DNA of 64,000 nucleotides from NCBI GenBank assembly GCA_020536535.1, contig JAHLWZ010000836.1, positions 1 through 64,000 on the forward strand, read 5' to 3'. The translations under genes were made by a program, and so were the position numbers. Within the stretch, counting starts at the first letter, position 1; each line of letters starts with the position of its first letter. This stretch comes from Pelomyxa schiedti (Eukaryota; Protista; Evosea). Of this stretch, positions 1 to 11,093 are shown piece after piece. Under the pieces are notes generated by a model. That model did not search any database. It saw nothing but the letters and a program-made list of their open reading frames with translations, and was not told the origin of the DNA.

Positions 1-215
1 GGCAGTCTGTGTGCTTTACCTTCACTAATCTATCCTACCACCACCCACAAGAAACACAGGTAACAATAGATGGAGTGACAATGAGGGATGCATTTAGCAA
101 ATGGTGGTACTCAGAATCAACAACACCAGCATCACAAAATACACACCTACCTTGTACCTACAGCCTATCTGATCCCCCAAATTACCAATGCAACCCAACC
201 TGCAAGGATCAATGA
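1..215 (+). CDS. 3' end of a pectinacetylesterase/Notum-like protein (partial, runs off window start)
   Basis: C-terminus TIDGVTMRDAFSKWW...CTYS...PPNYQCNPTC resembles the W...C...CNPTC ending of pectinacetylesterase/Notum proteins; stop at 213-215. Confidence 0.5.
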   Translation, partial: QSVCFTFTNLSYHHPQETQVTIDGVTMRDAFSKWWYSESTTPASQNTHLPCTYSLSDPPNYQCNPTCKDQ

Positions 216-725
216 GTATGCATGATAGGGGGGAGAAGAATAGGTACCTTGTTCAAGAAGAATAGGTTTCTTGTTCGTCGAAGATCTAGGATCCTCTGTG
301 CACGTAACTGCTTTTGTGTAGCCAAGGCCCTTTTTTGGCTATTTGGCGGAATAAAAAAAAAACGTCCTGGTGCCGAGGTGGATTGGGTTTGGATAGTGAC
401 CACCACACTGAGGTGTGTTGGGGTGTTGATGGTGTTGTTTTACTTGTGTAAGGAAAAAGAAGCCTCTAGAATCAGTTCTAGGTGTCACCTGAATCTCCCT
501 CAGGGTATCAGATTCGCGGTCGTTTTCCCGGAAATCCATCATAACAAAATCAAACGAAATGCACTGCGCTTGTTTTTCGTTGGTTGTTTTTCATTTAGAA
601 GGCGCTTTTTTTTTTCAGAGTCGGATTTTCGGGGGCTACTCTACCTGCAGGTAAAATTGAAAAGCCTGAGAAATGTTGTTCGAACAGAACAGCTCACACT
701 TTCATTTATGTTTTTTGGTGAAGGG

Positions 726-2804
726 ATGGTGTGTTGTGGAGGAGTGCTTATTGCTCTGGGCCTTGCTTCGTTGGGTTTCTTTGTCCAGGCCTTGTTCTGT
801 GTTGGGGTGTGTATTTTTTGGGGGGCAATCGGCAAGTGAAACTTTTTACTTTTGTAACTGGGGTTGTAACAACCAGAGTTTCGCAATGCAGTTGCTTGAC
901 TATGCCAACAAATGGCGACTTGTTCGCCAAGCTGCCAAGAAGCAGGCCAACTTCGTTCAAATTCAGAGGGCTCTCCTGCAGTCAATCCTGCAAAGAAGCT
1001 GCGCAAACGGGGGTTGCGATTTCGCACGCAAGCACAGGATCATGATGGCAAACGATGGTGTGTGCACGATGGAGCAATTCAGAGCCAGAATTCCGCTGTG
1101 CACTTATTCGGACATTGCTGCGGATGTTGACAAGGTGGCACAGACTGGCTGCAAGTCCTCTTTGTGCTCGGATCCTGTTATTTTTCTTACTGCTACAACT
1201 GGTTAGTACTATTTTTACTAGTATTAATTTTGTAAGTAGCGGGGGGAACTTCTAATTGTTGCCTCTATTGTATAACTGCATGTTTGTAATTCTCAAGGAA
1301 CAACTGGGCCTCAGAGACTGGTTCCAGTAACCAAGATTGACATTGACAAGGTGAGGACCTCATCTTATCGGGCAGTCTACAACCCCAGGTCCCTGGGTTT
1401 GTTCCTGGCTATCAACACCCAGCAGGGGGTGAAAAAGAGCCCTGGAGGAATCACTCAGGGTGCAGTGGGTCCAATAACTATTTCAAGGATGAGACACTGG
1501 CTTCCATTTGTGTCAGCATCACCTTTTGCAGTCTATCAAGTATTTACTTCCAGCCCAATCTGTTGACGTTGATTTACTTAGTTTGAAAGGCAGCGGAGTG
1601 GGTGGAACCGGCAATGTACCTTCACTCCTTGTGGGCATTGAGAAGCTCCAACAAGGTTGTTTGTCTGACAATTCCATTTGCCGGAATGCTTCACTCCTTC
1701 TTTTCAGTCATGATTCGAGACTGGGACAACCTCATTTTTGACGTGGAACACGGCACTCTGCACCGCGAAGTTCCACCTCCTCAACTCAGTCACGCACCAA
1801 TGCCCTCTCACGCTTCAGTATTAAGCGCTTACGGATCGAAAGTCCCACCAGGGATGCCCGGCTGGGTTCACACTGTGTTCCCAAGGCTCAAATTGGTTGT
1901 GGCCAATGTTCCAAATCCAGCTCTGAGATATGTCAGTGAATTGGAGAAATGGTTTGGAGATGGAATACAGTTCAGACCGCTCATGTACGGAGCATCAGAA
2001 TGTGTCATGGCACTTCCTCCTCCAAGCAGCACCTTCAAAGAAAACAAATTCCGGCTTCTTGCTGACGCTGCTTTTTTTGAATTCCTGCCCGTGGATGAAG
2101 AAGAAGCCAAACGATGCGCGGGGACTGGTGGAGCCATTTTGCCACAGGAGGGTGTTGTTGGGCACATTTACGAAATGGTTCTGACAAACTTCTCTGGGTT
2201 GTGGAGATACCGCATTGGAGATGCCATTCAGTTGGTTGGATTTGAAGGTCAATGCCCAGAGGTTAGTTTCCACCCTTTTTCTTATCCATGTGTTCATCTT
2301 GTGTTGCAACAGATAAAATTTGCGTATAGAGTCGGATCCGTTCTGAGCATCTTCGGCGAGAACATCAATGAGATTCACCTTCGCAAAATAATGGCCACTG
2401 TGTTTGGATCCAACGTTGTGGACTTCACATTCTTCCAAGATGATACTGCGAGCCGGTACCATGCTTATGTTGAACTGAACTCTCCTCTTGACACTGAGGC
2501 AGTACGCACCTTCTCACGACCGTCGTATCACAACTGACCACCTTCAACAAATAAAAAGGTGAGCGGACTGAGTGACAAGATGGACCAGGCCATCAGACAA
2601 ACAGTTTACAACTGCAGACTCTACCCAATCAAGAAGCCCTTTGTGATGATTGTGAAGCCCGGCACCTTCGCAGCACTGACATCCCACATTCAAAGGACCA
2701 CTCTGAGCCAAGCAAAAGTACCCCCGAGACTCACGAACCCCACCCACATCAATCTCCTCAATGACAATGTCACCCAACAGTGCCTCGACTCAAAAACGAA
2801 CTAA
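726..2804 (+). CDS. GH3-family acyl acid-amido synthetase, paralog 1 (multi-exon, hydrophobic N-terminus)
   Basis: Spliced product has IPLCTYSD, TATTG|TTG motif I, YGASE, FFEFLP, TNFSGLWRYRIGD, FAYRVGSVLSIFGENINE; GT-AG introns join the ORF pieces; N-terminus MVCCG matches paralogs 2 and 3. Confidence 0.85.
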
Positions 2805-2894
2805 CACCTTACAGGAAACTCAATCAATAGGCGATTCGCCTGGCAAAGAAAACAAATAAACAAAAATATTTTTTCGCCTAGTGGGGGGAAGACT

Positions 2895-4448
2895 CTACGT
2901 GCCCGGTGCTTTCTTTGAAGAATGGCTAGCGGTTGACTTTGTTGTTGCCTTTGTGAACGCACCCAAGCTGCGTTGGAAGAGCAATCCGAGCTTCTGATTT
3001 GCCTCTTCGCTTCCTGCATACGCGGCCCTCTTGTAAAGTGAGAATGCCATTTCCAAGTCCATCGGGGCTTGTTGAGCCTTCTCAATACACTTTCCAACCA
3101 GCACTAAGGAACTCACGGCGCCGATTTCAATGACTTGCTGATAGAGAGAGTTGGCTTTGCTAATGTCCGCATCCACACTCCACCCGTTTTCATAGCACAT
3201 GGCCAGCATGACTCTCGCTTCACAGGACGGCGTTTCTGCAACAGCCTGAAGAATAGAATTGATACTGTTGAAGCCACGAGAAGCCCCCATCATCTCAGCG
3301 GTACCAAGCATAAGGATTGCGCCAAGATTGCCCATATCAAAGGCCCTTTTAAAGAGTGACATCCCCAAGCTCTTATCAACAGGAACTCCCACTCCATGGA
3401 GGTAGTAAGTACCAAGTTCGAAAATGGCTTCACTATATCCGGCATCTGCTCCACTCTTCAGGAGGGAGAAGGCCTTCTTGTAGTCCACGCCAACTCCCTC
3501 GCCGCTATAGTAATGCTGAGCAAGTTTGAACATTGCAGGTACGAATCCCTCGTTCACAGCTCTCTCTAAAAGTGAAGCAGCTTTAGCCGAGTCTTTGGGA
3601 ACGCCATCACCGGCATCATAGTGTTCAGCCAGGTTGCTCATTGCCATGGCACAGCCGCCTTCAACTGACCGCTGGTAAAGCTCGATTGCCTTTGTGAGAT
3701 CTTTCTCGACTCCACGTCCCGTGTCATAGCAGTTGCCCAGGAGCCACAAGGCCTGAGGTTCGCCTGCCTCAACAGCCTTTTGTATGAGTGCAACAGCTTT
3801 TGCGGTGTCCCGGGGTACTCCATCTCCACTCATGTAGAGGTAACTGAGATTCTGCTCAGCACGCCATACAACCTCTGGATCATTTGTAGCAGCTGCTGCT
3901 CTCTGGAATAGAGGAACCGCCTTACTTGTATCTCGTGGAACGCCTGATCCACCGAGAAAGATATATCCAAGATTGAGACATGCATCCATCCTTCCAAGAT
4001 CAGCCGCTTTCTGTAGAATGGGAATAGCACTGCCTGGGTTCCTAGCAACGCCAGAACCCGTGATATAACATGTACCAAGGGTATACAGTGCTTCCGCATC
4101 TCCAGCATCTGAAGCTCTTTGCAGGTAAAGAATCGCTCGCGCAGGATCCTTCTCAACGCCGGTGCCCGTCATATAGCAGCTGGACAGGCTCACCATCGCC
4201 TTCACACTGCCGGCGTCAACTGCCTTGTTTAAGTACTGGATGGCCTTGATGGGATCTGGATCTGTGCCCTGTCCCCTCCTGTAGAACTCGGAGACCGCGA
4301 ACAGCTGATCGGGATCTCCCAGCCTATCGGCCATGGTCTTAACCAGCTCAAATCCCCTGGGTTCGTTACGCCCGACTTCCATGCAGAACTGCAAGGTCAT
4401 AGATCCGCCATTAGCCCTAGCCTGTGCAAAGAGATCTGCGAAATTCAT
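2895..4448 (-). CDS. Sel1-like repeat protein, paralog 1
   Basis: Long ORF of tandem ~36-aa repeats (A..LG..Y..G.GV..D...A...Y..AA..G); ATG at 4448 aligns with paralog at 58.9-60.5 kb; a small upstream exon is possible. Confidence 0.9.
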   Translation of the reverse strand: MNFADLFAQARANGGSMTLQFCMEVGRNEPRGFELVKTMADRLGDPDQLFAVSEFYRRGQGTDPDPIKAIQYLNKAVDAGSVKAMVSLSSCYMTGTGVEKDPARAILYLQRASDAGDAEALYTLGTCYITGSGVARNPGSAIPILQKAADLGRMDACLNLGYIFLGGSGVPRDTSKAVPLFQRAAAATNDPEVVWRAEQNLSYLYMSGDGVPRDTAKAVALIQKAVEAGEPQALWLLGNCYDTGRGVEKDLTKAIELYQRSVEGGCAMAMSNLAEHYDAGDGVPKDSAKAASLLERAVNEGFVPAMFKLAQHYYSGEGVGVDYKKAFSLLKSGADAGYSEAIFELGTYYLHGVGVPVDKSLGMSLFKRAFDMGNLGAILMLGTAEMMGASRGFNSINSILQAVAETPSCEARVMLAMCYENGWSVDADISKANSLYQQVIEIGAVSSLVLVGKCIEKAQQAPMDLEMAFSLYKRAAYAGSEEANQKLGLLFQRSLGAFTKATTKSTASHSSKKAPGT

Positions 4449-5082
4449 CTTCACTAGCAAACACGTTATACATACAAAATACATGTACATATACCCACAG
4501 GTGTGTTACGTCGATTCCGCTGCAATGTATCCTTGCCCTTGTTGTATGTTTTTGTGGTTTTTTTCCCGCTTCTCTGCGGCGTCACTACACTTTTGCCCTG
4601 TTTCCCTGCCTGATTGCCAATCGATCCTTTTCAAATCTGAAAAGTTCCATAAAAAAAAAATTTGGACATTTCCACCCAAACACCATTAGGCAAAAGAAGA
4701 AACTTCCTATTTTTTTTGGACTCATAACAAGAGCACTAAAATCCGTGGAAACATTCGAACATAACCAGTACGAAGCTGATTAAGGGAAGAGTGCAGAACA
4801 TAACCGTGTCTCCGAAGTGCACCTCAGCGCCGCACCCTAGAGTCTTAACACCACAACTGATGAGAACTTGTAAGCAGAGTGAAACAACAGAGAACAACTT
4901 ATCTTGATTCTCGACTCGAACCTCCACTGAACTCCGCACTCTCAGGCACAGACAACAGAGCCTATTATTAAAATTGTAGAGAGATATTAGAACAGAATTA
5001 TAGGGAGAGATGTAATGTAAATACCTTTGCTTGCTGCGAACTGAACTTGCTGGCTGCTGAAAATGCTCCGCTCTCTGCCCTC

Positions 5083-5280
5083 AGAGAACTCCACACCACA
5101 ACTTAACTGCGCACCACAACTTAACTGAAGTCCGCCTCAGCCAACTTAACTGAAGTCCCCACCACACTCCAGAGAACTCCAACTCCACACCACAACTTAA
5201 CTGCGCACCACAACTTAACTGAAGTCCGCCTCAGCGCCGCAGCCAACTTAACTGAAGTCCCCACCAACTTAACTGAAGTA
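5083..5280. repeat. Composite tandem repeat with 7 copies of CAACTTAACTG
   Basis: Core at 5099, 5117, 5142, 5193, 5211, 5244, 5265, nested in a ~85-90 bp duplicated unit (about 5083-5165 vs 5171-5264). Confidence 0.9.
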
Positions 5281-5656
5281 GCATATGCTGATGGAATGTC
5301 CGCTGTGTATCATCCGCCTTCTTGTTTTATTTGTTGATTGCTTTTATTTTTTTTTTGTTTTGAAGAAGAATAAGCTTGGGAAAATACGTGAAAAAAAACC
5401 GCTGGGAAAAAAAAAGCGCAAATCATGAAACACAGACAAACCACCTGTGTTGTAGTCTGTTGAAGCAGACGATGATGTCTCCTGTTTCGTGACGTACGTA
5501 ACCCTCGCTGATGTGTTTATTTTTTTTTGTTTTTTGTCCCCTGAACTTTTATTTTTGACAGAAACACGCAGGGGAGTGGTGTCAAATTCCCCTTTGGGGG
5601 TCCGAGGTTCTCTGTGTGTTTTGAAAAAAGTTCGGTTTTTTTTATTTACAAACCTT

Positions 5657-7360
5657 CTACATTTTTTTGTAGCTTTGAAGCATCACCATGGAGACAACTT
5701 CCTCGACGCGGCCTTGGCACTCTTCTAACAACATTTTGAGCAGTGGTCTGTCAGTGAATCCCATGGAAACCAGCAGGTCTACTTTCTCGTCTAGCTTGGA
5801 GGCTGGTGCTGTGGGTGTGGGTGTGGGTGTGGGTGTGGCTGTTGGGGGTATAGGCAAGGGCAGAGCTGGGAGTGTAGGGAGTGGCGTCATGGTGGGAACA
5901 GGGAGGAATAGTGGTGTAGCGGTTGGTATTGGGGTGGGTGTCTGTGGTGGAACGAGGTAATCCACCCACAGCATCAACCCGAACGGGCGTCCTGTATCGT
6001 CAACAAGGTGCCAGCAGGTTCGGTAGTGTCCAGCTGCCTTGGGTGTGTGGAACTCCACAGCCAACTCCGCTTCAGCACAAGGTGCCGGGCACGGTACGGG
6101 AAGTCTGCTCTCAACAGCAGGGTTTTGTCCAGTCACAAATAGCAGCTTGCATCCTGGGAAAAATGAGTTGTGGAAAATTGTTGTTCCGTGCTAACCTCTT
6201 GGCCATTGTTTTGAACCGGTATTCTTCACTCGCCATATCTTGACACGTCGTGTGTCAGGCTGCACAACGGTCCCATCTGGAATCGTTACATCGGCGACAA
6301 AGGCGGCGTTGCACAGTGGAGGAACAACAGCTTGGTTAATGGCAAGTGGAACCACAATAGTGGGAGTGGGAGTGGGAGTGGGAGTGGGAGTGGGAGTGGT
6401 CTTGCTTGGTGGAGGGATAGGCTTTGCGGGTTCCTCATGCACAACATCCAACCTTTTTTTTGGTGAGTTTTGAGTGTTGCAACCAAGAAAAACAAACTGA
6501 ACATGTGTACGCGTGCGGAGTTTAATGAAAACATGCTCAGGGCAATGTATGTGTGCCTGTAGATTGCGTGCTTCACATAATTCACATAGATCCTAAAAGT
6601 TTTTGAGCCATTTTTGAGAAATGATTGCTGGTTACATAGTCTGGGCAATGAACGCAGTGGTATCTTACACCCTCAATTCGTTTTTCACATCCATCACAGA
6701 TTGCGTTATGAACGACAGCTTAATTGATTTAATGAGGATGAAATTTGGTTCGCTTGTAGAAGTACCTTTCTTTCCTCGAATGGCATCTGACACTGCAATA
6801 CGCAAATTTTCACAGGCAGCTGCCGCTGCACCGGAGTTCTTCAAAGCAGCTAAGGCTTGCTCCACATTAACACCTGGTGGCATGATACTCTCCCACACGT
6901 TTGCAGGAAACCCGTGGAGGTTAGATTCGACAGGTTGGCTTGTGGCTGGAGGGGACTTGGGAGAAACTGCAGTAATTGGTTTGTCACTAATGATCGGCTT
7001 CAGAACTGGGGGCGCTGGTTTGGGACTAGAGACCCGTGCAGGAGCGGGAATCTTAGCCTCCACATTCACCAACAACGCTGGGAGATTTTGTTGCTTTGCA
7101 CAGCGAAGTGCGGTTCTCAATTCATTCGTTGTTGACATCGTGACTCTATCTCCTTCATCATCTTCATTTTGATTAAGTTGCGCCGTTTAACAGTGTTACT
7201 GAAGGAGAGTGAACAAACCGTTGTACGTTATCAACAGGGGGACGTTATTGGGGATTCCAAACATGCCGCAGATCCGGCTGTGGAAATCATCATACGTGTG
7301 GTCCGTAGAAAAAGTTGTGCTGAATCTTGCTCCCTTATGCGTCACGTGTACTACTTGCAT
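5657..7360 (-). CDS. NBR1: NBR1-like autophagy receptor: PB1-ZZ-FW-FW-UBA
   Basis: PB1 acidic motif DDEGDRVTMSTTNEL; ZZ finger HNAICDGCEKRIEGVRYHCVHCPDY|DLCELC; FW domains FVADVTIPDGT...KIWRVKNTG..W and APKAAGHYRTCWHLVDDTGRPFGLMLWVD; C-terminal UBA LLVSMGFTDR; PT-repeat linkers. Confidence 0.75.
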
Positions 7361-7690
7361 TTTGCTTCTTTGCGTAACTTCACGTCTTTGTTTTTTTTAT
7401 TGTCTGTTGTTTTTTCTTGTGGATTTTGATCCGGGAAGTAATTCTGAACTGGCGGTTGGCACCCAATTGGGTGGATAAAAATAGCACCTTGTTGGTGGGT
7501 AATTGGTGGTGGCGAAAAATGATGCTTGCAAAAAAAATGGGTTGATAGGGAATAATCAGTTTGTATGGATGGTGGTAGGTTACAAATCACTGGTTGTGAT
7601 TGTGAGTTGTTTGTTGTGTTGTGTGCCTCGTGCTTTACAGTTGGCAAAATTGTGCTTTGTGGGTGCCTGTTTACAACAGTGTTGTTAGTT

Positions 7691-10600
7691 TCAGGGTAGA
7701 AGTAGTCCGATGTCAGTTTCTTCCTCTTCTTGTTTGTTGGTGACCTGTTGGGATGTGAGGAGTGTAATCTTATTAAATACTGCTAATAGGAAGGGAATTG
7801 CCTGTGTAGAGTCTGAGGCCTGCGTCGTCTGAACTGCGTTTTCTTTGGTGTGGATTGAGTTAGTTTGCACTTGGTTGGATTGTCTGTGCGTACCTTCTAT
7901 TTGTCTGTTGGCAGCTTTTTCTTGTTCAATCACCCGTAGGAGTACTGAAAATTGATGCCTCTCATCCTTCATGTTAAGTTCTCCACATATTTCAACAAGT
8001 TCCCGTAGACCTGCAGAAAGTTAATGAAACTAACCATTTGATAATGAAAGCACACAGGCACTGTCATAAGGATATTTGTTATGATAGTCCAAGTACACTG
8101 AATAGGCTTGTGCTGGTTGATTACTACATTTGTAAGAGGAAGCGACCATAAGTTGCCAACGGGGGTTCTGCGGATCCAATTGCATCGCTCTTTGGATTGT
8201 GATAAATTAAAAAAACCATGCATTGGAAGCATAAAAACCTTTGGAAGAACGGCAGGGCCTTATCAGGTGCCATTGTTTTTATGTAGTAGGCTCCGAGCCA
8301 TGAAACCACTTTAAGATTAGAGGGAAAGAGTTTGAAGGACTTGCAAGTATTAGAAATAGAAGAATGGAAGCGAGGCAAACTTCATGGTAATGTATATAGG
8401 CCATATTGTCGTCACCCTTTAAATGGTATAGGTCACCTAACTTGGCGGCAACTCCGGGGTCCGATTCCTGAAGAAGAGTGTTGAGCTGCTTGAAGTACTC
8501 TATTGCTTGATCTATCGCTCCTTTTTTTTCATGCCTGGGAAAAGAAAGGATAGAGTTAGATTGAAAAGAGGTCAGAATAGGCACACAGCGAAGCTATTTG
8601 AAATACAACTTCAGGGTCGTTTGGAAGCATAGAATTCAGTTTAAAGAAAGAGTGCAGTGCCATTTCAATGTTATTCATTTGTTTGTATGTTAATCCTGAA
8701 ATCGTTAAGAGACGTGCTGTATCTACTCATTCTACCAAGATTATAAATGGCTTCTGCGCAGTCAATTGAATCATAACCAAATGCACTGTGGTAGGCTTGT
8801 TGAGCTTCCTCTAGATTATCACGCTTTGCTAGACAGTTCCCCTTATTTATAAGTGCTTTGGCATTAGACCTAAGCTGGAGTCATGAAAGACGCAGACTAA
8901 AGGGAACACACTTATCCGCATTAATTGCAGTATTTGCATGTTTCTCCGCATTATCATAGTCCCCCTCAAGAAAGTACAAAAATGACAGGTTTGTAGATGC
9001 TGCAGCTGCCATTTCTGTATCTCGCATTTCAAAACTCTTCAACGTCTTGAAGGCCTTCAAAAATTAAGTGAGAGAGAAACAGTTCCTTTGAAAAAAACCT
9101 TGTCAAATTGCCTTTTTTTCATGAAGGCAACAGCCTTGGTAACTTCTAATTGATTCGCTAAGTCGGTACTTCCGTTGGCAACTAGTGTCTCAATAACCCA
9201 GTCATATCCGCTGGTTACGTCACTGTCAACTATGGGAGCAACCAGTTGTGCTGCAGTCAAAATTGCGCGGTCAGTTTGTTTTTTTCTTGCTTGAAGCTCA
9301 AAATAAAATTCGTCATGAGGTTCATCATCCCCCTCACTTGAACGCATGATAGCTATGTCAGTTGGTGAATTGCTTCTGGTTAAAGGGTTCCCATGGCCTG
9401 GTCCGCCACTACTATCAGGAGGCCCATCGCTGGGCTGACTCCCACTTGAATGAGGGGGTCCACTCAATTGATAAAGTAAGGTTGCCGCCTTTCTCATCTT
9501 CAACATCAGTACAAACGCATTCATCAACCGTTTTTTGTCTTCAAGGACACAGAGGCATACAATCAAGTTGATAGCTATTCAAAATTATAAGTTGCCAGAA
9601 AGCCTGGCTTTCTTTCATACCATATTTGGGTTCAGGACAGGCGGACACAACATCCATGAGGAGTGCTGCTGCTTCTGAAAATTTTCCAAGGTGAATCCAA
9701 CAGTTGGCAATATTTCCTTGTATTTTCAACCTATTTGCGTGGTTTATTTTAATGAGAAACAAGATTGAGTCAGTCTGGAAACAATAACTGCAACTCTCCC
9801 GTGGATGAAGGTAATGAATCAACAGCCATTTGGTAACTTTGGACAGCCTCGGCATACTTCTTTTGTTCATAGAGGACGTTCCCAATATTTACACGTAGTC
9901 TACCAACCTGGGGAATGTTACATTTTCTATTTTCAAGTGGGTTTTACATGTGCATAGCGTTTATGTGCCGCAATATGCTGGTACCATCGCAAAGCTTCAT
10001 CGTGCATCTTATTAGCATGATACCTATCCAATAATAAGATAATTTTTGAATCGGACATAATACTGATTTGCCAAGTTGAAGTGAGCACAGTAAGTTAAAT
10101 CGATATTTTGTTCAGGATGCTTGGGGTTAGCATTTTTCCTATGTAGTTCCAATTTCTTGTTCAAATCCGCAGCTTTCTTGGCTTGAGCCAAAGCTTGACT
10201 ACATGTATGAGTCGATTGAAAATGTGAAATATCTGTAACCACTCACGGAAAGTCTTGGACTTGGTGAGCAGCAGCACTTGCTTCAAGAAGTTTATTTATT
10301 TCTTTCTCCATTTCACGTGCTATCTCCTCAGAGGTTTCAGGGAGTCGTTTTTGAAAGGAAAAAGCAGAAGCAGCTGTATTTTTGGTAAGTGACAAATAGT
10401 TGGCTATGAAGGCCACACAAAGGGAGGTTGTGCTATTCAGTGTTGCCTCCGACTTGAATTTAGCTGGGTTGATAGAAGAAGGCCTTGCACTCATAGGCCT
10501 CGAAGCTACTGCAGTTTTCCTCCTGAAAGGAAAAACAAGGTTGGTCATGACATTTTACTGTTGGAACAACATACCTTGCCGAAGTGCCAGGAGGCTTTTT

Positions 10601-10982
10601 TGTTATAAAATTCCAAATCAAATGAGAGACAAAATGTCAAAAGGGAAAATAGGGGAGGGGAAGAAAAAAAAAAAAAAACCCATACCACTTGAGGCTGAGG
10701 AGCTACGGATACGGCAGCAATGGGGGGCAACGGCGTTTCATCAAACGCGTATAGCGACTCGTCGTCAACGCCGTTGTTTGTGTTTGTGGCGGACAACTTA
10801 GACGTGGCGCTCAACACACGGCCGTTGTCTAATTTTTTTTTTTTTTTTTTTTTTTTGTTAAAGTCACAAGCTCTGAGAGTGTCGTTGGGGGGTTTTTTTT
10901 TTTTTTTTTTTTTTTGCTCTGAGTGTTGGTTTGGTGCCGGTTGCAAACGGAAAAAAAACGAATCCGCACCGTCGTCGCCCAT
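7691..10982 (-). CDS. IFT88: Intraflagellar transport protein 88 (TPR protein), many introns
   Basis: NIDLTY...NLANQY, ILTAAQLVAPIV..GYDWVIETL..LANQLEVTKAVAFMK, SDPGVAAKLGDLY..GD...A..YH.E, VVSWLGAYY, C-terminal D.GLLP; typical IFT88 order. Confidence 0.9.
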
Positions 10983-11093
10983 CGCCAAATTGGATGTTTT
11001 TACGTTCGTGGAAACCGTATTTTTTTAGCCGGCGTTTTGTGTCTGATTGTTAGGAGAAAGCCAGGTCCGCCTGCTTAGTATCTCGACCGCTTG

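Noticed and set aside
4913-4922. B-box/T-loop-like GGTTCGAGTC on the minus strand
   Set aside because: No T-stem, acceptor or anticodon arm on either side.
5083-5280. CRISPR-like array
   Set aside because: The core is only 11 bp, the gaps are 7-40 nt and themselves repeated, there are no cas genes, and the context is eukaryotic.
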